Sequence record: LR756502.1
Direction: 5' to 3' (one strand)
Length of the DNA: 64,000 bases
The notes below the pieces were generated by a model. It saw nothing but the letters and a program-made list of their open reading frames with translations, was not told the origin of the DNA and ran no database searches. The translations under genes were made by a program, and so were the position numbers. Numbering within the stretch: the stretch's first letter is position 1; each line of letters opens with the position of its first letter. Of the stretch, positions 27,900-36,501 are shown piece after piece.

Positions 27900-29142
27900 T
27901 AGAAGGAAGAACCCAAGTGGTAAGTCATCTAGTAATAGACAGAGGTTTCTGAAGAGAATAGAAGACCAGATCAAAAGGGCTCTTCCAGATATTGTTAAAA
28001 ATACAAGCGTTAAAGACTTAACATCATCTAAAGATAAAGTTAAGGTTCCTGTGAAGGGTATTGATGAGCCACAATTTACATATGATAGAGAGTCTGGTGA
28101 TAAAAAGTGGGTGCATCCTGGTAATAAAGAATACATACAAGGTGATACAATTGAGAAGAAGAAAAGCGGACAGGGTGGTAAGGGTCGAAAAGGATCAAAT
28201 GATCCATCAACATCAGAAGATGAGTTTAGTGTTTCTATATCAAGAGATGAGTTTCTTGACTACTTCTTTAAGGACCTAGAGCTACCAGACATGATTAAGA
28301 AACACCTTAATACAATCGTTAATTGGAAGCAAAAAAGAGCAGGATATTCACAGTATGGGAATCCAAGTAGATTAAATGTCGTTCGCTCTTATAAAAACTC
28401 TATGGCTAGAAAAATAGCATCACAGATATTTTTTGATAAGAAGATAAAGGAAATAGAAGATAAATTAAAAGATAATAGTTTATCAGATGATGATAGATTA
28501 AAATTAGAAACTGAATTGACCAAGTTCAAAAATATGAGACTGGCTGTTGGGTTTATGGAAGAGGTTGATCTTAGATATAATAATTTTGAGAAGTATCCTG
28601 TTCCTACCACATGCGCTGTTATGTTTTGTATAATGGACGTTTCTGGTTCAATGGGTGAGAAAGAGAAAGATATTGCTAAGAGATTCTTTATGTTACTCTA
28701 TATGTTTTTAACTAAACAGTATGAAAAGATTGAGATTGTCTTTATAAGACACCACACAGAAGCTAAGGAAGTTAGTGAAGATGAGTTTTTTAATTCACGA
28801 GAGTCTGGTGGAACTGTTGTAGTGCCTGCTCTTGAAATGATGAGTAAGATAATAAAAGAAAGATACTCAAAGGATTGGAATATCTATGCTGCTCAAGTAT
28901 CTGATGGTGATGTTTGGGATAAATCGGATGCTGATGACTGTTATAAGATATTAGATGCTGATATTCTAAATAAGATACAATATATGATATATATTGAGGT
29001 TTGTAGAACAAATGATGGTGACCTATGGGACAACTACGATGCTCTATCTCAGAAAAGAAATAACTTTCAGATTGGTAAAATTCATAGTGTTGGTCAGATA
29101 TGGACTGTATTTCAAGACTTCTTTAAAAAGAAAACCGCATAA
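27880..29142 (+). CDS. yeaH: YeaH/YhbH (DUF444) vWA-domain protein
   Basis: IVDRR..GKS..NRQRFL, HPGNKEY, FCIMDVSGSM (MIDAS DxSxS), FIRHHTEA, SGGTVV, QVSDGD. Confidence 0.93.
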   Translation: MGINIVDRRKNPSGKSSSNRQRFLKRIEDQIKRALPDIVKNTSVKDLTSSKDKVKVPVKGIDEPQFTYDRESGDKKWVHPGNKEYIQGDTIEKKKSGQGGKGRKGSNDPSTSEDEFSVSISRDEFLDYFFKDLELPDMIKKHLNTIVNWKQKRAGYSQYGNPSRLNVVRSYKNSMARKIASQIFFDKKIKEIEDKLKDNSLSDDDRLKLETELTKFKNMRLAVGFMEEVDLRYNNFEKYPVPTTCAVMFCIMDVSGSMGEKEKDIAKRFFMLLYMFLTKQYEKIEIVFIRHHTEAKEVSEDEFFNSRESGGTVVVPALEMMSKIIKERYSKDWNIYAAQVSDGDVWDKSDADDCYKILDADILNKIQYMIYIEVCRTNDGDLWDNYDALSQKRNNFQIGKIHSVGQIWTVFQDFFKKKTA

Positions 29143-29264
29143 TGGCCGTTTGTAGGATAATAGGTAGATTTATAAGGCCTGGATATACTCCAATGGATCC
29201 ACCTAAAAGAATTAAAAAACGACTAGGTAAAATCTATAAAATTTTAAAAATTATCAATAAATGA
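29142..29264 (+). CDS. 40-aa basic micro-protein with RxxKIxxIL tail (not in ORF track)
   Basis: TAATG overlap with yeaH stop and ATGA overlap with next gene; MAVCRIIGRFIRPGYTPMDPPKRIKKRLGKIYKILKIINK. Confidence 0.6.
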   Translation: MAVCRIIGRFIRPGYTPMDPPKRIKKRLGKIYKILKIINK

Positions 29265-29446
29265 AACCAGGAGTAATATTTGTCCCATACATTATTCAGC
29301 ACTTACCAGTGACCACTATTCAATGTGGTACATTTTCGCCTAATAAGACACTTCGTAGTAGATATTCAAGTATTTTTCTCAAGTCTAAAAACTTGATTAG
29401 AAAAGACAAAATAGAAAAGATATTAAATGAAAAACCCCTCGATTGA
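29261..29446 (+). CDS. 61-aa protein resembling the C-terminus of a T4-like major capsid protein, plus C-terminal tail
   Basis: PGVIFVPYI...GTFSPNKTLRSRY; IRKDKIEKIL. Confidence 0.6.
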   Translation: MKPGVIFVPYIIQHLPVTTIQCGTFSPNKTLRSRYSSIFLKSKNLIRKDKIEKILNEKPLD

Positions 29447-29454
29447 GGGGTTTT
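29431..29454. terminator. Bidirectional intrinsic terminator
   Basis: AAAACCCCTC-GATT-GAGGGGTTTT. Confidence 0.85.
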
Positions 29455-29456
29455 AT

Positions 29457-30005
29457 TTATTTATTAAATTTTAATTTGAATAGTGTTTTGTATGTAAGAG
29501 CTACAACCTCATCAATTATATTATGTAAGTGAGTATCTTCCTGTGATATACATTGTCTAGCACTTTTAATATAAGTTGCTAGTTCCTCAAAATAAGCCAC
29601 TTTATCTTTTGTCTTTGTTTCTTTTGTGTCAATAATATCATATCCATCAACAATACCATATTGTCCTTGGTATGTTTCGATTAACTCATCAATTAGTTCA
29701 AGTACATCTTCATAAAAAGTACCTAGTGCCATATGTGATGCATAAGATCCTTCATCTCCTCCAACTTGTAAGTGATAAATATGAGCCATCTCTCTAGATT
29801 CAAATAGCTTAGAGAATAGCTTAGTTGGATTACACTCAGAGCTTTGTTCAGATTCGGTATTTTCTGGTAGATTTGCCTTTGGTTCTTGATCCATGTTTGT
29901 CTTATCAACATCTTGTTGAGGTTGACCAAATTGATCCATCTCATTTATCTTTTTGATAATACCTTTTGGTACTTTAATGTCAGAGAACTTTTTGAATGAT
30001 GACAT
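29457..30005 (-). CDS. Ferritin/Dps-like four-helix protein (DUF5856-like)
   Basis: SREMAHIYHLQ, HMALGTFYE, IDELIETYQG, NIIDEVVAL. Confidence 0.75.
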   Translation of the reverse strand: MSSFKKFSDIKVPKGIIKKINEMDQFGQPQQDVDKTNMDQEPKANLPENTESEQSSECNPTKLFSKLFESREMAHIYHLQVGGDEGSYASHMALGTFYEDVLELIDELIETYQGQYGIVDGYDIIDTKETKTKDKVAYFEELATYIKSARQCISQEDTHLHNIIDEVVALTYKTLFKLKFNK

Positions 30006-30025
30006 ATGATTTTATTATTTTTTTT

Positions 30026-30034
30026 TATATATTA
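30026..30034 (-). promoter_or_regulatory. Putative late promoter TAATATATA
   Basis: Upstream of 30005. Confidence 0.7.
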
Positions 30035-30037
30035 AAT

Positions 30038-30433
30038 TTATTGACCAAGTAATTTATCTTTTAATACCTTATGTATTAAAATTCCATCAAATCCGGCTTT
30101 TCTTAGATCATGATAAAATTCAAGTTTTTCTGTGGATGTTGGCATTCTTTCTCCAAATTCCACATCCCATGATGACTTAATTATTTCTTCCGGTGTTTTA
30201 TCATCATCTTTACCAGTATAAGCTTGGCCTCCGTAAGTAGACTCCAGTAATTCATCTGTGTCAATATTATTAATTGTATAACTGGATTGATTCTTAATAG
30301 AAGATAGTGTTGAGTCTGCAATATATGATGCTTCTCCTTCATTTGATGCCTCTATCACAAATTCAACCTGAGCAGAAACTCTAAAGTTTCTTTTATTATC
30401 TATCTCTTCTAATAGTTTAGTAAACTTCTTCAT
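30038..30433 (-). CDS. Hypothetical protein, CTS-like N-terminus
   Basis: MKKFTKLLEE; TAATG coupling. Confidence 0.75.
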   Translation of the reverse strand: MKKFTKLLEEIDNKRNFRVSAQVEFVIEASNEGEASYIADSTLSSIKNQSSYTINNIDTDELLESTYGGQAYTGKDDDKTPEEIIKSSWDVEFGERMPTSTEKLEFYHDLRKAGFDGILIHKVLKDKLLGQ

Positions 30434-31575
30434 TAAAAATTATCCTCTTCTGGGGCTATTGAATATAACTTCCCTAATTTTTTTCTTAAATAAATACCAG
30501 AATCGTTTATCCTTTTTTCAAAGTATTTAACAAATTCATCACATTTCATCTTTTTTAATACCTTTAGTGGTATTGTTGGTGTTTCATTAAATTCCTTCAG
30601 TGACTTTTCATATTGTTGAACCCACATATTTTTCAATCTCTCTTTAAGAGGGTGTGATAGAACGCCACCACCCGGTCTTATTAGTGTTGTTTCTGTAGGT
30701 CTACTTCCTATATACTTGTTTATTTCTAAATCTAATTCTTTTATGAAGGCTTCCGATTTAAAATTTTCCATCTCTTTTGCCATTTTCCAAGCCTCGGTCT
30801 TAGTTATTTTTTCAGGTCCATATTTATTTACCCAAAATGCCGCTTCTTGTACTTGTGCATTTAGTTCGTGTGGTTCGGACGCATATAGATAGAATGTGAA
30901 TTTACGCATCCATTGATTGTATACATCATTAGGTATACCCCATTTATTTACATCAGCCGCTGTTATGGATGATGCTGGTCCTTTTGTTTCTATTCTTCCT
31001 TTACCCTTAACCAATATTCTATTATAATACTCATATAAGTGATTTAATTCATGCCATATACATTCTTCAAGTTCATCCTGAATTTTCTTTTTATATAGAC
31101 CCATATTAAAGTTTGGTGATAAATCAATTGAAAAGACGCATGATAATATTAATCCATGATCTGATACCTCTTTTACTGGAGGAGCCTTTCTAGTATATCC
31201 TGCCCAATTACTTTTACCAAATCCTATAGCCCATCCACCAACCGAGAAGGCCAATGTTTTACCCTCTTTTCTTCTTCCAAGAATTATATACTTATATTTC
31301 TTTTCAAACTCTGTATCGGCCATTTTATTAAATACAGTATTTATCTCTATACCAACTACGGGAAATTGAGCATATAAAACTTTATCTGTTATATTTGGTC
31401 GTATCTTTGTATAAGTTATATTAACCTGATCATCTATTTTTTTATCATCAGATTGATAGAACTCAAGAAATTCATTCCATACTTTATTAAATATAGGCTC
31501 TGTGTAAAATAGTGTTGGTTCAGCAAGTCCTACCTTTTCATTTAATTGGAAGTTTTTAAAATTAATAATCCCCAT
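30433..31575 (-). CDS. Zincin-like HExxH protein, CTS-like N-terminus
   Basis: MGIINFKNFQLNE; IWHELNH and downstream PHELNA. Confidence 0.65.
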   Translation of the reverse strand: MGIINFKNFQLNEKVGLAEPTLFYTEPIFNKVWNEFLEFYQSDDKKIDDQVNITYTKIRPNITDKVLYAQFPVVGIEINTVFNKMADTEFEKKYKYIILGRRKEGKTLAFSVGGWAIGFGKSNWAGYTRKAPPVKEVSDHGLILSCVFSIDLSPNFNMGLYKKKIQDELEECIWHELNHLYEYYNRILVKGKGRIETKGPASSITAADVNKWGIPNDVYNQWMRKFTFYLYASEPHELNAQVQEAAFWVNKYGPEKITKTEAWKMAKEMENFKSEAFIKELDLEINKYIGSRPTETTLIRPGGGVLSHPLKERLKNMWVQQYEKSLKEFNETPTIPLKVLKKMKCDEFVKYFEKRINDSGIYLRKKLGKLYSIAPEEDNF

Positions 31576-31580
31576 AAGAA

Positions 31581-31589
31581 TATATATTA
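31581..31589 (-). promoter_or_regulatory. Putative late promoter TAATATATA inside a hairpin loop
   Basis: 5 nt before ATG 31575; flanked by CCCATAAGA/TCTTATGGG. Confidence 0.7.
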
Positions 31590-31623
31590 AATATCTTATG
31601 GGGATTTTTTAACTTTTGATTTT

Positions 31624-32063
31624 TTATATTAACTCGTTTAGCTTAGATTCCCTGAATGTTTTTATAAAATCAGCATCATCCACCTCTGTTTCAATAATTT
31701 CAAAGAATGATAGATTAACATATTTCATATATTTCATAGATTCCTCCTCATTTGCTTTATCATTTAACCTCCACTCATCCACAACGTCCCATCTATTTTT
31801 TGGTATACTCTTTCCGTACTTGGTGTTTAGTGAAATGTTTAGTGATTTAAGTCCTTCTACATCCTTAACAATATCTGATATATCATATGTGTATTGCTCA
31901 ATTTCAGTAACCTTCATCTCCTCAATGTTTAGCTTAATCACCTCTTTTTCGGCCTCTGATTTTGTGAAGAAGATTTTCTTTGGTGTCCCACCCCTGACTC
32001 TGGTTCGGAAAAAACTTCGTCATTATATTCATAACCTTTGCTTAAAATTACATATGCTTTCAT
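31624..32063 (-). pseudogene. Gene interrupted by an apparent 1-nt frameshift in a G-run (track shows only 31624..31941)
   Basis: ATG at 32063 lies 2 nt after the upstream stop; MKAYVILSKGYEYNDEVFSEPESG joins GGTPKKIFFTKSEAEKEVIKL by a -1 shift at about 31992; ends FRESKLNELI. Confidence 0.6.
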
Positions 32064-32065
32064 TA

Positions 32066-32566
32066 TTATTTTGTTTTATTATGTTTACTTAGCCATTTAT
32101 TTACCTGTTTCTCCGACATATCTATTATTTGTTGTTTTGTATATCCGATGTGTGTCATTATATCAAATACCATTATAAGGCAGTCTACTGACTCCAATAA
32201 CATATTCTCTTTTATCTGTTCTTTTGATTCGTCACAGTTTTTAAACCCAACCAGCTTTAGAATTTCAGCTGCTAACTCTCCAGTTTCCTCACTTAACTTA
32301 AGACCTCTTTCTACTATTCCATATTTCTCCGACTTAACTATGTCTGATGTACTTTTTACTAATTCATATACATAGTCTATTAATGGATCAATATTAATGT
32401 CATCAATTGATGGATTCATTTTCCTTTCGTAGTTCTCTATTAGAATTGAAAGTATTTCGGCTTTATTTCCTTCATCTGAATCTAGATCGGAATGGAATAT
32501 TGATTCCAATTGTTTTTGAGCCTCTGTATAATCTTCGTGACTTCTTATTGGTTTTAATGATATCAT
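32066..32566 (-). CDS. HigA-like N-terminal segment fused to a MazG-like NTP pyrophosphatase
   Basis: IRSHEDYTEAQKQLE..EGNKAEILSILIENYE; LKLSEETGELAAEIL..LLESVDCLI. Confidence 0.65.
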   Translation of the reverse strand: MISLKPIRSHEDYTEAQKQLESIFHSDLDSDEGNKAEILSILIENYERKMNPSIDDINIDPLIDYVYELVKSTSDIVKSEKYGIVERGLKLSEETGELAAEILKLVGFKNCDESKEQIKENMLLESVDCLIMVFDIMTHIGYTKQQIIDMSEKQVNKWLSKHNKTK

Positions 32567-32585
32567 AAAATGTGGTGTTAGAATT

Positions 32586-32594
32586 TAATATATA
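32586..32594 (+). promoter_or_regulatory. Putative late promoter TAATATATA
   Basis: Upstream of 32620. Confidence 0.7.
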
Positions 32595-32619
32595 TGGAGT
32601 AAAAATACAAAAATTATAT

Positions 32620-32916
32620 ATGAAATTCATAAAAAAGTTCGAAAAATTTTTGGAATCATCTGCAGCAGAGCCTCAGGTGGATCCTGGTAAAACAAAAGTG
32701 GCCCCAGGAAAACCACTTCAGAAGCCAAATAGGCCAAGTCCTATCAAAAGAGAAAACCCATCACCAGTTCCTTTGCCGGCAAAGGCGGAGGTTGATGAGA
32801 AAGATTACCAAACTGGTAAGACTGTTACAGCAACTGCTGAGCAGGTAGCTGATAGATTTATTGACCTTATGGTACAGGGTAATGAGGATGTTAAAAAATA
32901 TACTAAGCTTATATGA
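32620..32916 (+). CDS. Pro-rich hypothetical protein, CTS-like N-terminus
   Basis: MKFIKKFEKFLES; start moved to ATG 32620 after TAATATATA at 32586. Confidence 0.75.
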   Translation: MKFIKKFEKFLESSAAEPQVDPGKTKVAPGKPLQKPNRPSPIKRENPSPVPLPAKAEVDEKDYQTGKTVTATAEQVADRFIDLMVQGNEDVKKYTKLI

Positions 32917-34382
32917 AGAATTTTTCAAAATTTTTAGAAGAAATAACAATTAAAGGAAACACAGGCATTCCTGGTGAGGACGATAAATCCGAGCCAAACT
33001 ACCTAAGAGGAGTTGACGGAAAGGGTCAACAGAAGATTAGTAATATTCGTGATCCTAGACCCTTATTTGGTGAGATAATGAGTTTATTGAATAGAGGAAA
33101 GAGCCTTACTAGAGGAAAAGAAAAGGAATTGGAAGAATTTGCTGAAAGAATTATTCGTTCTGTATATTCTGGTATATTGGATAATGTTGATCTTGATATA
33201 AAACTTCTTAGAGATGGTGGGGATGTTGCTAAGTTTATGGAAGAAGAGTGTGAAGAGGAAGAGGAAGAAAATTTACAAAAGTCAGGTGATAAAAATCTAA
33301 AATTGGAAGTAGATAAGAGAAAGATTGCTAATAATATAATACAAGGAGAGGCTAAAAATACAAAATTAGTTATTGAAATGCCAGCTTGTAAGGAAGGACT
33401 TAAAAAGATTCTTGGTGATAGAAATGGTGAGGAATATCACAAAATAATAATTGATATATCAAAGATAGCTGATAAATTGGACTGGATTATCCCAATTGAT
33501 GTTAAAGCTGATATGATGGAGAGAGCTCCTGAAGGAATGGCTGGTGCAGTTAGTGTAAAATGGCCAGAAGCTAAAGAAGAAAAACCTAAAAAAGAGGCAG
33601 AAGATATATTAAAAAGTCTTGAAGATGGTGAAGATTTGGAAGAAAATACTGAGGAAATAGAAGAACTTCTATCTACTGGTAATCCAATTATAAAAGCAAG
33701 AGGAATAGATTTTCCTATGTTAATTCATGAAACTGTTAAAGGGATATATGAGTTAATAGCTGCTGCTGGTATGCCAAAGGATGAAAAAATAGCTAAAAAT
33801 GTAATGTTTAACACATCATCTTTTTCTGATGAGGCTGAGGATTTTAGATATGGTCCTTATATCGCTGCTGATTTAAGAGATTTTATAAACCTTAATTCGA
33901 AGGTTGATAAATATCCAAATATTAGGGAATTTGTATTTGGTAAACTAATTGAAATGCCTGCAGATGAATTCCTTATTAATATGAAGAATATTCTATTAAA
34001 TAGTCCGGATGCTAGACTATTAGTGGATAAGCTTATTGACTCTGTTATAGAGGAGTTAGATGAGTATGCTGAAAAGTCTTCTGATTATGAATCCAAGAAA
34101 AAGCTTGGTGAGATTGAATCTGGTGAGGAAATAGCTAATGAGCCTATTAACCCTGAGACGCCAGCGGATAAGGTTGAAACACCTGAGTCTAGTGTTGACT
34201 ATTCAAGTATGTCAAAGAGAGATCTTCAAATTGAAGCAGATGATGCTTTGGATAGTGGTGATATAGAGAAATTTAAGAAGATTGCTAAGTATTTAGCAAA
34301 TGAGTCTGTTGAAGTTTATATGAAAGAGTTTGATAGAATTAATGAGTCTAGTATATTTCATGACAGAAGAAATAATTTATAA
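32913..34382 (+). CDS. Acidic hypothetical protein with HE motif, CTS-like N-terminus
   Basis: MKNFSKFLEE; FPMLIHETVKG; ATGA coupling. Confidence 0.8.
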   Translation: MKNFSKFLEEITIKGNTGIPGEDDKSEPNYLRGVDGKGQQKISNIRDPRPLFGEIMSLLNRGKSLTRGKEKELEEFAERIIRSVYSGILDNVDLDIKLLRDGGDVAKFMEEECEEEEEENLQKSGDKNLKLEVDKRKIANNIIQGEAKNTKLVIEMPACKEGLKKILGDRNGEEYHKIIIDISKIADKLDWIIPIDVKADMMERAPEGMAGAVSVKWPEAKEEKPKKEAEDILKSLEDGEDLEENTEEIEELLSTGNPIIKARGIDFPMLIHETVKGIYELIAAAGMPKDEKIAKNVMFNTSSFSDEAEDFRYGPYIAADLRDFINLNSKVDKYPNIREFVFGKLIEMPADEFLINMKNILLNSPDARLLVDKLIDSVIEELDEYAEKSSDYESKKKLGEIESGEEIANEPINPETPADKVETPESSVDYSSMSKRDLQIEADDALDSGDIEKFKKIAKYLANESVEVYMKEFDRINESSIFHDRRNNL

Positions 34383-34385
34383 TTA

Positions 34386-36248
34386 ATGGGTATATTTAAG
34401 TATAATCAATTTATAGGAAAACCACTTACTGAGAATCTACAAGGGGCTAAAAAGCTAATGAAGGATAGATATTTGATGCTAAAATCAATAAAAGATCTAA
34501 ACCTTTTGACTGGTAAATTAAAACAGGAGTGGGATGATGGTGAAAGAAGATCATTTTCTCTTAAGGACTTTACCGAGGATCAACAAGATCTTATTAAGGC
34601 TAAATTCAGAGAGATAAAACTAACTGATGAAGAGGCTAGAAATATTGAAAAAGATCCTGGATTTATTAAGATAAGAGAGCTTGTAAAAGATACTTTGGGT
34701 TGGTGTTATATCTTTACATATTTCTACTATGTAGAAAATGTGCCATTTGAGGAACTAGAAGATATTTACAAGAAGTTGTTGGATTTTAGACCATTGTTGA
34801 GTAGATTACCTAAACCATTGGATAATAATTTCATAAATCCTAATATCAAAAATAACAATGAGGTTCTAGTTGATGAGTTGGAGAAAATTAACAGATATAG
34901 AAAGCTTAAGAGGTTTGTTGATGAACTTCCTGGTGATATGAGGAGAGAATTTGCTTCAACTTCAGAGCTTTATAAAGGAAAAATTGAGGATATAGCTGTT
35001 GCATTTGACGAGTTTGGTAAAAATGCAGAGACTGGTGTTGTTGATGAAAAAGAAAAATCTACACTACAAAAGTTATTCTTCTCTAAGATTAAAAGATATA
35101 AAGTTTTAAGAGAGGTTATACCACAAGCAGAGAACTATATTAAAGGATTGGATAATAAGAATGTTGTTAAATTCTATAAGGTAATTGAGAAGTGTAATGA
35201 AATGTTTGGTATTGTTGGTGCTGATATAGTATTTGATGAAAATGGTATACTAATACTTGATATTAAATCTTTCCAAGCTAATAAGATGTTAAATTCTAAT
35301 ACATCACATTGTATAGCTTCATATGATGGACATTGGTCCAGTTATGTTGGTACTGAGCAAGATAACAAATTTAATAAGCAATACTATATCTATAACTTTA
35401 ACTTATCATCTTCCGATAATAAGTCTATTATTGGTATAACAATTGAGCCAAATCAAAGAATAAATGCTTGTCATCTTAAAAATGACGCAGGATTTAGTGG
35501 TGATATAAGAAACTGCCTAAAGGGATGGGAAAGACAATATGATATAAAGGAAGATCTTTGGACTGTATTATCCCCTATGTCTGATGAAGACATAGCTAAG
35601 AAAAAGAGAAGAATTGCTGCTAATAGAGAAATCATAAAACCAAAAATAAAGTTGGATGAGATTCAAAAGTTGGTTAGAGAAGAAGGAGCTGATGTTAATA
35701 GAGAAAATGGTAAGCCATTGTTGAACGCTGTTCAGGAAGGAAGCTATGATAAGGTTAAATATCTACTAGAACTTGGAGCATCTCCTAATTTGAGACAAAA
35801 AGCAGAAGCAGTTATTAACCAAGCCAAGGACCTTGAAATGATTAAACTTTTGGTTAATAAGGGAGCTGAGTTGACGAGTCAAGTATTTAAGAATATTATG
35901 GAAGATAATTCAGCTGTTGAATATTGTTTACAAGCTGGTATGGATCCTAACTTTGAGAACTCATTGCCAGTAAGAACTTGTTGTAAACAAGGTAGTCTAG
36001 ATACACTTAAGTTACTTATTAAGTATGGTGCCCAAATTAAACATGCTAGAAATATGCCAATGGCTTGGGCAGCTGAGAATAATAGAAAGGACTTTATGGA
36101 GTATATGATAGGACTCGGTGTTGATACTGGATTCAGTTCTATAAAGAAATGGATTAGTCACACTACTAAGTTTGCTAAACCAGAAGATAAGAAAGAAATG
36201 ATGGACTATATAGATAAACTTATAGATTCAAAAAAAGTAACTGCGTAA
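34386..36248 (+). CDS. Ankyrin-repeat protein, CTS-like N-terminus
   Basis: GADVNRENGKPLLNAVQEGSYDKVKYLLELGASPN and further ankyrin-like units; central SHCIA motif. Confidence 0.8.
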   Translation: MGIFKYNQFIGKPLTENLQGAKKLMKDRYLMLKSIKDLNLLTGKLKQEWDDGERRSFSLKDFTEDQQDLIKAKFREIKLTDEEARNIEKDPGFIKIRELVKDTLGWCYIFTYFYYVENVPFEELEDIYKKLLDFRPLLSRLPKPLDNNFINPNIKNNNEVLVDELEKINRYRKLKRFVDELPGDMRREFASTSELYKGKIEDIAVAFDEFGKNAETGVVDEKEKSTLQKLFFSKIKRYKVLREVIPQAENYIKGLDNKNVVKFYKVIEKCNEMFGIVGADIVFDENGILILDIKSFQANKMLNSNTSHCIASYDGHWSSYVGTEQDNKFNKQYYIYNFNLSSSDNKSIIGITIEPNQRINACHLKNDAGFSGDIRNCLKGWERQYDIKEDLWTVLSPMSDEDIAKKKRRIAANREIIKPKIKLDEIQKLVREEGADVNRENGKPLLNAVQEGSYDKVKYLLELGASPNLRQKAEAVINQAKDLEMIKLLVNKGAELTSQVFKNIMEDNSAVEYCLQAGMDPNFENSLPVRTCCKQGSLDTLKLLIKYGAQIKHARNMPMAWAAENNRKDFMEYMIGLGVDTGFSSIKKWISHTTKFAKPEDKKEMMDYIDKLIDSKKVTA

Positions 36249-36249
36249 T

Positions 36250-36471
36250 ATGCATTTAAGAAGATACAATGAATCTGAAGAATCAGAAGATATGTCTAGG
36301 TTACAACCTAAAGTAAAGCACTTAATTGAATATCTTAGCTCTCTTGACCCAGAAGCTGACGTCTATCTAGATAAAGATGGTTGGGACTCCTATGGTGATA
36401 ATGAAGTTGATATAGTGAAAAATAGTGGATTGTTTTTACCAAGAGAAGGATACCTAATGATAAATAACTAA
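36250..36471 (+). CDS. Hypothetical protein, CTS-like N-terminus
   Basis: MHLRRYNES. Confidence 0.7.
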   Translation: MHLRRYNESEESEDMSRLQPKVKHLIEYLSSLDPEADVYLDKDGWDSYGDNEVDIVKNSGLFLPREGYLMINN

Positions 36472-36477
36472 AAAATA

Positions 36478-36501
36478 AAACCCAATCTTATGATTGGGTT
36501 T
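36478..36501. terminator. Intrinsic terminator between convergent genes
   Basis: AAACCCAATC-TTAT-GATTGGGTTT. Confidence 0.75.

Noticed and set aside
31616-32092. 158-aa plus-strand ORF
   Set aside because: Antisense shadow of the frameshifted minus-strand gene.
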